Source: Rhizaria sp. SCN 62-66 (Eukaryota). From it: a stretch of DNA of 64,000 nt. The notes under the pieces were generated by a model. That model was not told where the DNA came from. It saw nothing but the letters and a program-made list of their open reading frames with translations, and did not search any database. The stretch is from assembly GCA_001724265.1 (NCBI GenBank), contig MEDY01000095.1:1-64000 (forward strand), read 5' to 3'. Below, piece after piece: positions 1-12,016 of the stretch; the stretch's first letter is position 1, and every line of letters starts with the position of its first letter. The position numbers and the translations under genes were made by a program.

Positions 1-3000
1 CGCTGCGGATGCTTGAGGGCGTCGTGGCGCGCGCACTGCGCGGCGAGGAGCGGCGTGTGGTCGAGGCCACGGCGCTGCAGTTGCGCAGGCGCCTCGACGC
101 GGGCTTCCGCCGCAAGGAGGCCGCCAGGGACGCGCTTGACCGGGCTCGGACGCGGGCGCGGGCGGCGGCCGCGCAGGCCGAGGCCGCGGCGGCCGTGGCG
201 GCGGTTGCAGCCTCCGCTGAGACAGCGTCTGCGGACTATGCGAGCGCGGGCGAGGCCGTGGCGGCGGCCGAGGCCAAGGCGGGGGCGATGGCGGCGCTGT
301 TGAGGCGACTGGACACGATGACGCCGCAAGACTTTTCCGCGCTGCTGGCCGCTGTGGGCGCGGGCGCGGGCTCTGGCAAGCGTGGCAGCAGCGCGAGCGA
401 CCGCGCGCTGCTCGCCGAGGTGCTGGAGGCGGACCATGAGCTGGGCCACGGCCAGAGCGAGTTCGCGCGCGTGTGGGCCGAGCTGCAGCCGGAGACGTAC
501 TTCAACAGCGGTTCGGCCTTTACCAGCTTCCCTGTGGGCTCGCCGACCGAGGCGCAGCCGCAGACTCCGTCGCTGTGGTCGGACGCCGCCTCTGCGCCCG
601 TCTATCCCACAGACCCCAACGCATCCGCACAGCAACAGCAACATCAGCAACAGCAGCAGCAGTGGCAGCAAGAACAGCTGCAGCAGCAGCAGTTCGGCGC
701 GTCGTACGTGTCGCTGCCGCCGAGCGACTTCGCCGTGGCCGTGGCGGCCGCGCAGCGTTCCGGCCGCTGGCTGCTGCCCGCGCTGTTTGTGCTGCGCCGC
801 CAGTGGGCCGCGCGCCGCCGCACCGCTGTCGCCATTGGTGTCGCGCGCGCCGAGGCCGAGGCCGAGGCCGCCGAGGCCGCCGCGCTCACAGGGGGCGCGG
901 GCGGCGCCAACGGTAACACCAACGGCAGCAACCACCCGCGCCGCCGGCTTGCTGCCGCCGCCGCTGCGGCCGCGGCCGCAGCCGCGAGTGCGAGCGGGCG
1001 CCAGAACAGCGGCAGCCTCGACGTGCTCATCGCGCAGATGCTGCCGTTTCCCTTCACGCCCGCGGCCGCCGCGCCGGTCCCGCCCGCGGCCGCTGCCGCC
1101 GTGGCCGCGGCCGCTGCCGCGGTCTCGGGCGCGGCGGGCGCGACGGCCGCGGCCCTGCAGGCGCCGCTGGAGATGGAGCTGTTCTTCGCTGAGGAGCGCA
1201 TGCGGGAGGAGAACAGGGAGGCCGCGGCGGCCATGGCTGCCGTGGAGGCGGTGATGCTGCTGCCGCCGCCGATGCCGCTGTCGTCGACGCTTTCGATGAC
1301 GCTTGACGCGCAACAGCAGCAGCTACAGCAACAGCAGCAACAGCAGGGCATTGTCGACGACCTCAGCTCTTCCGCCGGTCTCGGCCTTACCGCGTCGGAG
1401 GAGGGCGCGAGCGCGGAGGTCGTCGCCGAGCTACAGCAACTGCTCGCGCCCTCGGACTCGCACACGAACCTCACGCTGCTGCCGCTCGTCTCGCAGCTGC
1501 AGCACCGCCAGCAGAGCGAGCTGCAGCAGCAGCTGCGGCAGACCTCTGGCGCCGTCAATAGTAACAAGAACTCTGCTAATGCTGCCAGCGTAAGTGTGAA
1601 GCCTGGTGAGCCTAACACGGACGTTGACAAGCTTCTGCGGGCTCTGGCGCGGCTTAACTTGAGTTCGCATCGCACCTCTGCCGCCGCATCCGCCGCCGCC
1701 GCTGTGGGCGCTGTTTCGATTCCTGTATCAGCCTCTGGGGGCTCCGCCGCTGGCAAGGCCGGCGCCCTTCGCCACAACGGTCACTTGCCGGCCCCTGCGT
1801 TATCTGGCACGGCGAAGCTGAGCGAGCAAGAGGAGCTGCGGCTGCTGCAGCGGCAGCAAGAGCTGGCGCTGACCGCGCGGCGGCGCTTGACGCGGACGCG
1901 GTCAGCGCACGCGGCCAAGGGGAAGGTTGGCGGCTTGATTTCGGGCCACAAGTCTAAGGGACTGATGGACGAACTGAACTCAGTTGCGGACGATGCTGTC
2001 GACGATACGTTTAATGACGCTGATAATAACGATGGCAGCAGTCCCTCAAAGAGCAAGAAGAAGAATAGCGCTGGCAATGACGGCGACGACGGCACCGACT
2101 CAAGCATTAACGGTGATGCTATTGACGAGAACGCTGCCACATCTTCAATCGCATCATTCAACAAACAGCAAAAGCAACAGCAACAGCAACATCACAGCAA
2201 CGCCAATGCCCGCACTAAGTACGCGCATAAGTCCCACGGCGAGCGAGACTTGCTGCACTGTCCGGACAGCGCCAGCGAGTGCGACAGCGACGGCGACGGC
2301 CACGGCGACGGTGACTCTGGCGGTCGGCCCGGCAGCCGCCTTGGCGCGCGGCCGCTGTTGTCGCCCACGCGCCGCGGGCACCATAACCGCAAAGTCAGCG
2401 TCAACGCCGAGACATGGCTGCACAACAAGCACCAGCAGCAGCTGCAGAAGACGGCGCAGCGGCCGCACCGGCGCCGCAGCGGTGATAGCGCCGGCTCCGG
2501 GTCCGGGTCCGAGACCTGGACGGTGGCCGACACGGTGGCCGACACGGAGGCCGACGCGGCGGCCGAGGCCGAGGCGGCGGCGCTCGAGGGCGGCGACAGC
2601 TACAGCTACAACTCCGCCAACGCGGGAGAGCGCAGCCTCACCAAGGACCGGCGTGCCGGCGCGCTGCGGCTTAACTTGTCGTTGACGCCGCACGGCAAGG
2701 AGGTGGGCGCTGCGTCCCCATGGTCCCCCCGCGCGGTGGGCCACGCCAACACCGTGGCAATGACGCCGCGCTCCTCGGGGTTTGTGGCGCTGCCCTCGCC
2801 GGCGCTCAGCCGGCAGCCGTCCGCATCGTCGGCCAACAGCAGCATCGGCGGCGCGGGCACCGACGCTGGCGGCGCTGGCAATGGCGGCAAGGGCAACGGC
2901 GGAGGCTTTTTCCAGTCTGCTGGCGCTGCCCTAGTTGCAGATCGGCTTACGAAGCTCGAGGCCAAACTCATGCAGGTGCGTAGCTAAGAATTCTCTTGAT

Positions 3001-6000
3001 TCTTTCTTATTATGTTCAAAGCTCAATTGTCGTGTTTATTTCTACTCTGTATAGCTCACTATGTGCTCATATCTTGTTTTTCTTGCTTTGTATTGTATCC
3101 CATAGCTGCCCGGTCTGCCCCCCGGTCTGCTGACCTTCGAGTCCCTCGAGGCCGCCTTCCTCTCTTGCCTCCGCTCCGCGCAGGAAAGCCTCGGCGCGCT
3201 ATCCTCCTCGGCTGAGCTAATCTCGTCCAGCATCGCAGACGCCGAGGCGCTCTACGACGCGCCCCTCGATCTCTCTTCGCTGCCACAGGCCATCAGGGAC
3301 CAACTACTCAAGCAGCAGAAACAACAGCTTAACATGAGCAAGTCTTCATACGCAGACTCCGAGTCTGACTCGTCGGGTAGCAGTTGCAGCCTTAACGCCA
3401 CTGCGAACACTCTCACTCCCGCCGACCTGTTGTCCCGCGCCCGCGCCGCCGCCGCGCTCTCCCACACGCTGTCCTCGACCTTTCACCGCTCCGCCGCGGC
3501 CGCCCGCGCGGCCCGCGCGCGCGCCTCGGAGCTGGTGCCCGCGGCGGAGACGCTGCGCTCGGCGCTGGCGGCTCACGTCGCTGCGCTCTCTGACGATGCC
3601 GCCGCGAACGCGCGCGACGCCCCCGCCTTCCCCTATAGTAAGCGCCCCAGGGAGCGCGGCGACGGCGACTGCCTCGGTGATGTCGCGGCGGGCTACGCGG
3701 TGACTGTGCGGCGCGTGGCCGAGGCCGAGCGCAGTGTGCAGGCGCTCGAAGCCAGGCTCGAGGCACGGTTCCGCAAAATTCGCCGCGAGCGCGGGGCGAC
3801 TGTGAGCATGGTGCGGCGCCAGGGCGAACAGCAGCAGCAGCAACAACAACATCACGCTCTGCAAAACTCCAACACCAGCAACAGCAACGCGTTGGCATTG
3901 CAGCATCAAGACCGACAGCAGCAACAGCAGCGGCAGCAGCTAGAGCAGGAGCCAGGCGGTCTGCTGAGCGTGTTCAGCAGCGAAATGCAGGGGCTCGAGC
4001 GCGCTGCAGTGTCGAGCACTGCCAGGCGGCGCGCTGCGCGCGAGCAGCGGCGGCTCGACCGCGAGACGCACCGGCGGGAGAAGGCGCAGCGGAAGCGGGA
4101 CAGGGACGCCGCCAAGGCCAAGGCCGGCAATGACGATGATGTTGGCGGAGTGACCGTGAGCAGCGGCAACGCGCTGCACCCGCACTTGTCTCTTTCGTCG
4201 TTCACGTTCTCCGACTCTGACACCGACTTCAGTCCTGTCTCTGGCTCTAGCTCCGGCTCTGGCTCCGATGACCCCGCTGTTCACAACAGCGAGTTGGATC
4301 AACAGCGGCTGGGTCTGGATGAGTCCGAGGCTCTTCGCACTACATCACACAGTAATAACAGTAGCACTACCATCAACACGTCTGCTATTGTTCAGGCCGA
4401 TCACCACAATCACCGTCACAATCACCACCATCGCCACAGTCATCATCACAGTTACAACTTATCTGTTGCTGCTCCCTCGACAACGATGGCGACGGAGCTG
4501 GGCTCGATTTTTTCGGCCTTGTCCTCGACGCTGCCGCGTGTCTCGGCCCTGCACGCGCGCCTGGATGCCATTGCCGCCGCGGCCGCCGCCCTGGCCCGCG
4601 CGCGTTCCGCCGACTCGGCCGCCATGGTGACCGCTGTGGCGGCCCTGGAGGCGGCGCGCCGCGAGAGGGTCATGGCTCTAGCCCGCGATCACGGTCACGG
4701 CTATGACAACGCCGTTGCTGTTGCTGCGGGGGGACTGAGGCGCCCGGCCACCGCGTCGGCGTCCGCTGCCACTGTGGCCGCGACTGCTGCGCTGTCGCGG
4801 CCCAGCACATCCGCCGCAATTGCCCGCAACTCCAACGCCACCCGCCTTAGCAATGCAACTGCCAATGCCAGCGTCAGTGCTAGCGGCACCGGCGGGGGGC
4901 GAGTGCGCGGCAGCGGCAGCGCTGCGGTGGCCCGCTCGGGGGTAGCGACTGCGGGGGGCGTTGCGACGGCGACAGTGTCGACAGTGACTAATGACGAGAG
5001 CAGCATGTTCTTCAACCGGAGCAGGCGCAACAACAACAGCAATAACGCCGACGCGTTTGACACCGCTGCCAGTAACGTCGCCGCGTGTTATGAACCGCAG
5101 TCGCAATATGTTGATATCAGCTCCAGTAATGCTGCCGCTGCTGTGTTCATCACAGAAGTGCCCTCATTCAACCTTACAAACACGCACACTCTCACAAGTC
5201 CCCGCAGTCAAACCGGTGGCCTGCAGTCACCGCTGCAGTCCCCGTTCCAATCACCGACACACGCACTGAGCAACCCCACTCATGCCAGCGCTAATCCCGC
5301 CGCGACGACTGTGATCACCGCGAACGCCGTTCTCGCGAGCGCGGCCGCGATTAACAGCGGCAGCAGCACGATCGTGCCCGACGTCGCCGCGGTCGTGGGC
5401 ACTTACATGGCTGCGCCCCCCTTAGACCGTCTGCGCATGGGCGCCCCGGTCCCGGCCCCGTTTCTTCCCCCCGCAGCGCCCCCCGCCGCAGCCGCCGCGT
5501 TGCGCCCTCGCACCGCGCTCTACAGCGGCCGCACTGGCGCTGCCGGTGACGCTGCCGGTGTTGCGGTGGGTGGGGCCGCGCAGACAGACTTGAACGCCGC
5601 GCTGGTGCGCTCGCTGGCGACGACCAAGAGGCTGAACAACAACAACAGCAGCGCGAGCGGCAGCTACGGTGTCGCCGGCGGGCACACGCCGGGCTCGGCT
5701 GGATACTTGCACCCTAATGCTGCCGCGACTGGGGGTGGCAACTTCAGTGGCGTCATGGCAATAAGCGGCAACTTTCAAGTTGAGTTAGAACAACGCAAGC
5801 GCGCAGCAATTGCCCACAATACTCGCAACACGGTTGGTCGGCCTGCGACTGCGCGCGCCCCGTCCAGCTCCGCGTCATCCGGTGGTGGGATGACAGCCAA
5901 CCGGCAGGCAGGCACAGTGTCGTTCGACACTATCACGGACGGCGAGCAGTACCACCGTGGCATGCTGTTTGGCAACAGCAGCAATGCGACTGATACAGCG

Positions 6001-6246
6001 GCTGCCGCGAGCACTGGTGCGACGCAACAGCAGCCGCAACAGCGACTGTTTCAGCGCCCCCGCACGAGCACTGGCTCAACTCGCCCCACGACTGCAAATC
6101 CCAGTCAGAATCGCGAGTGGATGGCCCCGGCGCCCCTGTCGGAGTCCGCGCTGACCGCAGACGTGGTTGCCGCGTACAGGCGCGCACAGGGCAAGGGCAT
6201 CGCGCACGTGATGTTTCACCAGCATGGCCACACGCACACTAAGTGA
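1..6246 (+). CDS. Large low-complexity/coiled-coil hypothetical protein, 5'-partial, 2 exons in window
   Basis: Exons <1-2975 and 3106-6246. Phase-0 intron 2976-3105 (GTGCGT...CATAG) joins ORF 9..2987 in frame to ORF 3334..6246. Ends in TGA. Rich in Ala/Gln/Asn/Ser; no domain recognised. Confidence 0.75.
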
Positions 6247-6480
6247 CTTCCTGACGCGACTAACTTCCGCACACACTGCACACCCATCGCACTTGACACA
6301 ACACATCCTTTGATTAACTAATTTTTACACTTTTACATTAGCAACATGTTTCATATTCTTAAAATCAGCAATCGCAATACATTGTACTATTATCTTCACA
6401 TGTCAATTTATCGATTGATATACGATACAGTTTGTATTAAAATATTGACCACACGAGACTTGAATATCTAACAACGCCGC

Positions 6481-7859
6481 TCACTGAGCGGCCGCAAACT
6501 TCGCCACGGCCTGCTTGAGCGCCTCCTTGGCCACGGCAACGTCGTCGTCACCAACATTGAGGTGCGTCACGAAGCGGATCTTGTCCTTGGCCATCGCACT
6601 CACGCGCACGCCGTGGCTGGCCTCCATGGCGCCGGCCAGCGCGCCCGCGGTCACGCCCCGCGCCAGCAGCGCGGGACTCAGCACGCAGTAGACCAGGTTG
6701 CTGTGCACCTGCGCCTCATCGACCGACAGCGGCGGCTCCGCGCCGGCAGCGCGGCCGAGCTCATTGATGAAGGCGGCAAGCTCCTTCGCGCGGCGGTGGT
6801 CATCAGCCATGCGCGCGACGTTGTTGCGCAAGGCGTACAGTGCGGCCGCGGCAATCACACCCGCCTGGCGCATGCCACCGCCGAGCGCCTTGCGTGTGCG
6901 ACGCGCCCTGGGCAAGCCGACAACAAAACGCAGATGCGAGAGTGACAAAGAGTGCGTGAGACATGAGAAGTTAGCTTTGCAAGAGAGACGATTTGACACT
7001 GTTCCGGTCAAACACATCAAATATAACACACAATACACTCATATAATTTAATAATATAATGTAATTCTACGTACTTGGCGATGAAGACCTTGGAGCCGCA
7101 GAGCACGGCGCCGACGGGGGCACCGAGGCCCTTGGACACACAGACGGAGATCGAGTCGCAGTGCTCCGCGACGACCGCGGGCGAGACGCCGAGCGCAACG
7201 GCGGCGTTCCACACGCGCGCGCCGTCGTAGTGCACGGCCACGGCGCCGGCGCCGGGGCCCGCGGCGGCGCACACGTCGCTGGCGCCCGCCGCGTTGTTGT
7301 CGCCGCCGTTGGTCTTGTTGACGACGTCGCGGAGCGCGGCGAGCCACTGCAGCGGGGGCACGGAGCCGCCGCAGAGGTTGTGCGTCGTCTCGGCGCACAC
7401 CACGCGCGTCTGCGCACAGTGCACGTTGCTGCCGTCCTTGATCATCTCGGCCAGCTCCGTCAGCGAGAAGGTGCCGTCGGCGTTGTTGGCCAACGTGCGC
7501 ATGTGGACGCCGCCGAGTGTGGCCGCGCCGCCCTGCTCGAAGATGTTGATGTGCGACTTCGCGCCCACAAGCGCCTCGCTGCCGCGCGTGTCGCAGTGCG
7601 TGAGCAGCGCGAGCAGGTTGCCCATGGTGCCCGACGGCACGAAGAGCCCGGCCGCCTTGCCCACAGCGGCAGCCGTCTCCTGCTCCAGCAGCGTCACAGT
7701 GGGGTCCTCGCCGTAGACGTCATCGCCAACGGGCGCGGAGGTCATCGCAGCGTACATCTCCGCGCTGGGCAGAGTCACGGTGTCGCTACGGAAGTCGCTG
7801 ATGCGGCGGGAAGGGGCGGCTGCCTCCACGGGGACAGGCTCGGTGGCGCTGTAGCTCAT
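6481..7859 (-). CDS. GLY1: Low-specificity L-threonine aldolase (PLP-dependent, GLY1/LtaE family), 403 aa
   Basis: Exons 7859-7075 and 6907-6481; intron 7074-6908 GTACGT...CCCAG. Motifs DFRSDTVT, GDDVYGEDPTV, FVPSGTMGN, HYDGAR, PLP lysine in SKGLGAPVG, and the spliced FIAK|ARRTRKALGGGMRQAG. Ends in TGA. Confidence 0.95.
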
Positions 7860-8248
7860 GAACAAAGGGTCTGCGTTACAAGGGATTTCACACGGGTACA
7901 GTGTGATTCAGAAAGTATAATAAGTGGGATAGTTAAAAACAATTATTTTAAAGTCGAAAACACTATCGGCATTCTATTTTGACGGATAACATGATAGTTA
8001 AGCAATTTCGCGTCTTCTCGTCACGTCGCTTCGGCAAAATCGCATCGCGCAATTGGGTTTGGACTCAGGTGTAACACTCACATTTCCATAAATTTAACTT
8101 GCATATCAGAATTAAATTCATTCAATTTTGTGTATTATACAGTTTCCACAGTAAGGCCATCTTAAAATTATGTGATGCATTTCACATGGCCTTCGGGAGC
8201 ACGACATTATCAGACACTATTGCATTTTCAAGTCACATTCTGAGCTGT

Positions 8249-11200
8249 TCACTCCGCCCACGTAACCGCGATGATCTCGCGCACGTTGGAATTGCCGTCC
8301 TGGAACACCCGCAGGCGGCGGCACACCATGTCCCCGTCCACGGTCACCTGGCCGCCCGCGACGGCCGCGCTGGCGCCCGCGGCGGCGGCGGCGGCGGCGG
8401 CGACGGCGGCGGTGAACGCGGCCGTGGAGCCGCCGACGCCGAAGTAGTAGCGCTTGGCGGCCACCAGTGCGACGCCGCCGCGGCGCAGCAGCGTGCGCAG
8501 CGCGGAGACGAAGATCGGGATGGTCTCCATGCTGAGGAGAGCAAGATGGGGGAAACAGCAACAAAATATGCATGGGGTAAGAGAGCGAGAGCAAGTTGGT
8601 ACAAATCAAAAGTAGAGCCGTATCGGGGAGTAAATCGTATTTGGGCGTATATCGTACCTATAAATGGTTTCCGCGGCAAGAATGAGGTCGAACCGGCGGT
8701 GCGAGTCCAGCGGCTCCGACCCAGCCCCGGGCGCCGCCTCGATCGCAGCGGTTGCGTCCGCGGCGGTGGCGGCGGCAAAGGGCAGGGGCTTGACCATGCG
8801 CGCGACCGCGGGCGCGCCGGGGGCGGGTGTGAAGTGCGCGCACTCGGTGTAGCCGGCGACGCAGAAGGACGGGAAGCTGGCGGGGCCGACCGAGGCGGTC
8901 ATGCCCATCACGGCCACCGCGGGCGGCTTCACGCCCACAGCCGAGTCCGCAGCAGAAGTCTCGGCAGCAACGGTCAACGCGCTAGAAGCCCAGGTCTCCG
9001 CGGCGCAGAGCAGGGTAATGAGGGGCACCTGGGGCTTGGGCTGCTGCTTCTGAGAGGTACTTACACTGGCGGCGTCGGTACTCACATGGGTGCTGGTCCA
9101 CTCAACCGCGCAGTGCACTGGAGCAATAGTATTCGCGCTACTCTTGGCGGCGGTCGGCAGGCTCAGCAGGACTGCGCTGGCAACAATGACGCTGCTGTTG
9201 CTGTCGCCGCCCTTGAGGGGAAGGCAGAGCAGAGCGCGCTTGCTATGAGCGCTGTGAGCGGCGGTGCTGTCGGCTGAGCTGTCAGTGAGACGGCGCACGG
9301 CGCGCACGAGCGCAGGGCTCTCATACCACGCACTCGGAGACTGCAGCTGGGGCTGAGAGGCCGTGGCGGCGAGAGAGGAGAGAATGGCAGTGACCGTGGG
9401 CACAGCCTCACCCGCACTCGCGCCCACACTCTCAGTCTTAGGAGCGCTCTTGTCCTTGTCGCTGTCTGCAGCGACCGTGGACGCCACGGGTACCAGGGGT
9501 TCCAGAGCTGCGGCGGGCACGGTGAGCGTGCGCGCAGTGACCGCGAGCATGGCCACGGCCGCCGCGGCCTCCGTCTCGGTCATCGTCGCACTCACATCAC
9601 CGCTAGCGCTGCTTTTACAATTCGCGCTCGCGCTCGCGTTCACGGCGACTTCCCACACGGTCACACTCACGTCGCTCTTACACGTACTCTTGTCCTCACC
9701 GTGACTGTAACAGTCACTGCCGCTGTGGCTGTGAGCAACCGTGAGCGGAAGCCGTACTTCATCGCCGCCTGCCACGGCCACCAGCCGTGGGCCCGGGCTG
9801 GCCCGCAGCAGCAGCTCAGTGAGCGCGGCATCGCCCCACGCGCCCGAGATGAAGCGGGCGCGCGCGCGGCGCTGGGATGCCACCGTGGCGACTGCGGCCT
9901 CGACGGCAGCGGCGACAGCGGCAGCGGCGGCAGCGGTGGCAGCGGTGGCGGCTTCAGCGGCTTCCGCGGCAGCAGCGGCAGCGGCAGCAGCGGCTTCAAC
10001 ATCAGCATCGTCGTCCTCGTTTTGGGCGTCATTGTTGTCGATGGTGCCAACCTCCTCCTCCTCCTCCTCTTTCTCGGCGTTTGTGTCCTGCTTGGGCTTG
10101 GCCTCGCCCTCGTTGCCTTCATCGTCGCTGTCGCCCTCGCCGTCGCCGTGGTCGATGACGCCGTCGTCGTCCTCCAAGTCGAACTCAACCTCGTCGCTGC
10201 CGGCCTCCGTATCAGCACCGCCCTCTTTCTTCGTCGCAGCAGCAGCAGCGGCGGCGGTCTCCGCGGCCGTCTCGGCCTCGATCTGCGCGACAAACCCGAC
10301 GATGTCGTCGTCTGCGTCGCCGTCGAGCGCCATCGCCTTAAGCAGCTCGTAGCGGGACATGTCGCGCCCCTTGGTACTGTTGACCGATGACGCGCTCGTA
10401 CGCGCGCGCGCCGCCGCCTTCGCCGACGCGCCGCCGCTGCTGATGCTGCTAGGGTCCTTCGCGGTGTAGGCGGAGGTGTCAGTCTTGAGCTGGTTGGCGG
10501 CGGAGAGCGCCTTGAGCGCGCGCTGGCGGTCACCCGCGGTGGTGGCGGCGCGCAGCACAGCCAGCGCGGCGACCGAGGCGGCCTCGGCGCTACCCGCGGC
10601 GACGGCGGCGGCAGTCGCGGCGTCGACCAGCGCTGCGCCACCAGCAGCACCAGCAGTCTCAGCACTACGCGCCGCCGCCGCATTGTTCTTGTCCGAGCTA
10701 CTGTCAGCGTCGCCGTTGATGTTGAGTTCCCAGGGCACAAGCGCGGGGGCGCCTGCAAGCCTGAGCGCCTTCGGCACCGTCTCTGCGCTGAACACGTCCG
10801 CGTTAAGGTCCTGGAACACCACGATGCTCGCGCCGCAGTGGCCCTCGTCCGCTGCGCCGGCGGCCTGGGCAGCGGCGGCGTGAGAGACTGCGTTAGTGCC
10901 CGTGGCGTGGGTCGAGGCTTCGATGCTTGTGTTGTTGGCATGCAGTGCGAAAATGCCCGGGATGCCGTGGCCGCAGCCCAGCTCCACCACGCGCGCGCCG
11001 TGCAGGCTCAGCCCGCGCACCACCGCCGCGGCGGACTTGGGGTCGCCCGCACTCACACTCTCACTCGCACTCTCATTCGCCCCAGCGTTGTTGCCGTTGC
11101 GGAGCGCAGCGGTAACGGCGGCTTCGTACGCGTCGGCGGCAGCAGTGGCGTCCGGCGCGCTGTCCTCGCCGGTGACGATGTCCTTAAGTAGCTTGAGCAG

Positions 11201-11590
11201 GTCGGAGGAGCACTCCCACTGCTTGAGCCCGCCCTCGTACACGCCCTTGACGACATCCGTGGTCGCGGTCAGCTGCGCCAGCGCATCGCTCGTGCGGTAC
11301 AGCGCCGAGGACAACGGGGAGAACTCGGCCGCGCGGATGCGGGGGGGCGCGGTGGGCGCGGCGGCGGCGGCGGCGGTAGCAGCAGCAGGCTCAACAGTGG
11401 CAGCAGTGGAGCTAGCGGAGGCGGACGTAGACGCAGAGGCTGCGGAAACGGTGCTGGCATTGGCGGCGGCAGGGGCCGCGCTAGGGGCACCGCCGAAGTT
11501 GAACTTGAAGCCACCGCCGGGGGCAGAGGTGGCGGGCACGGCCGGGGGAGCGGCGGTGCCTTCTGGCGCGGCAAAGTTGAACTTGAACAT
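8249..11590 (-). CDS. METTL18: Histidine protein methyltransferase (METTL18/Hpm1 family) with large low-complexity insertions, 1071 aa
   Basis: Exons 11590-8658 and 8531-8249; intron 8657-8532 GTACGA...CTCAG. Motifs MFKFNF, DVVKGVYEGGLKQWECSSDL, VELGCGHGIPG, VFQDLN, FISGAW, FDLILAAETIY|S, AAKRYYFGVGGS, NVREI. Ends in TGA. Confidence 0.9.
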
Positions 11591-12016
11591 CGCGCGCGCG
11601 ACTGTAACAAAGAAGAACAGAGTGCGAATAAAGAAATCGAGCATTTATAGTCATGAATTAGCCCGATAAAACATTGTTACGCACAATGACGATCATATTG
11701 GTGAGAAGTACATTGCTCTTTTGTCTCGCACTGCGGACGGCACGAGAGGGGTCGCGGTGCTGCCGAGCGGCTGTGGTCGAGGGTGGGGGGTCGGCCTTCA
11801 AAATCAAACGCGTATACTTCTAAACATCCGTTGTTAGTATTGCCCGTCTTAAGACCAGGCACAACGGTGGTTTCTTATTTAGTCCTCTTTTTATACCGCT
11901 ATATATCCTTGTTTTGCCCTCGTTTGACTCACACACCAACTCAAATTTCCACCCGTTTCTCCAGTCCCTTCTTTCTCCAAACAGTTGCTGCTGCCGCGCC
12001 ATACCGCATCTCCAAC

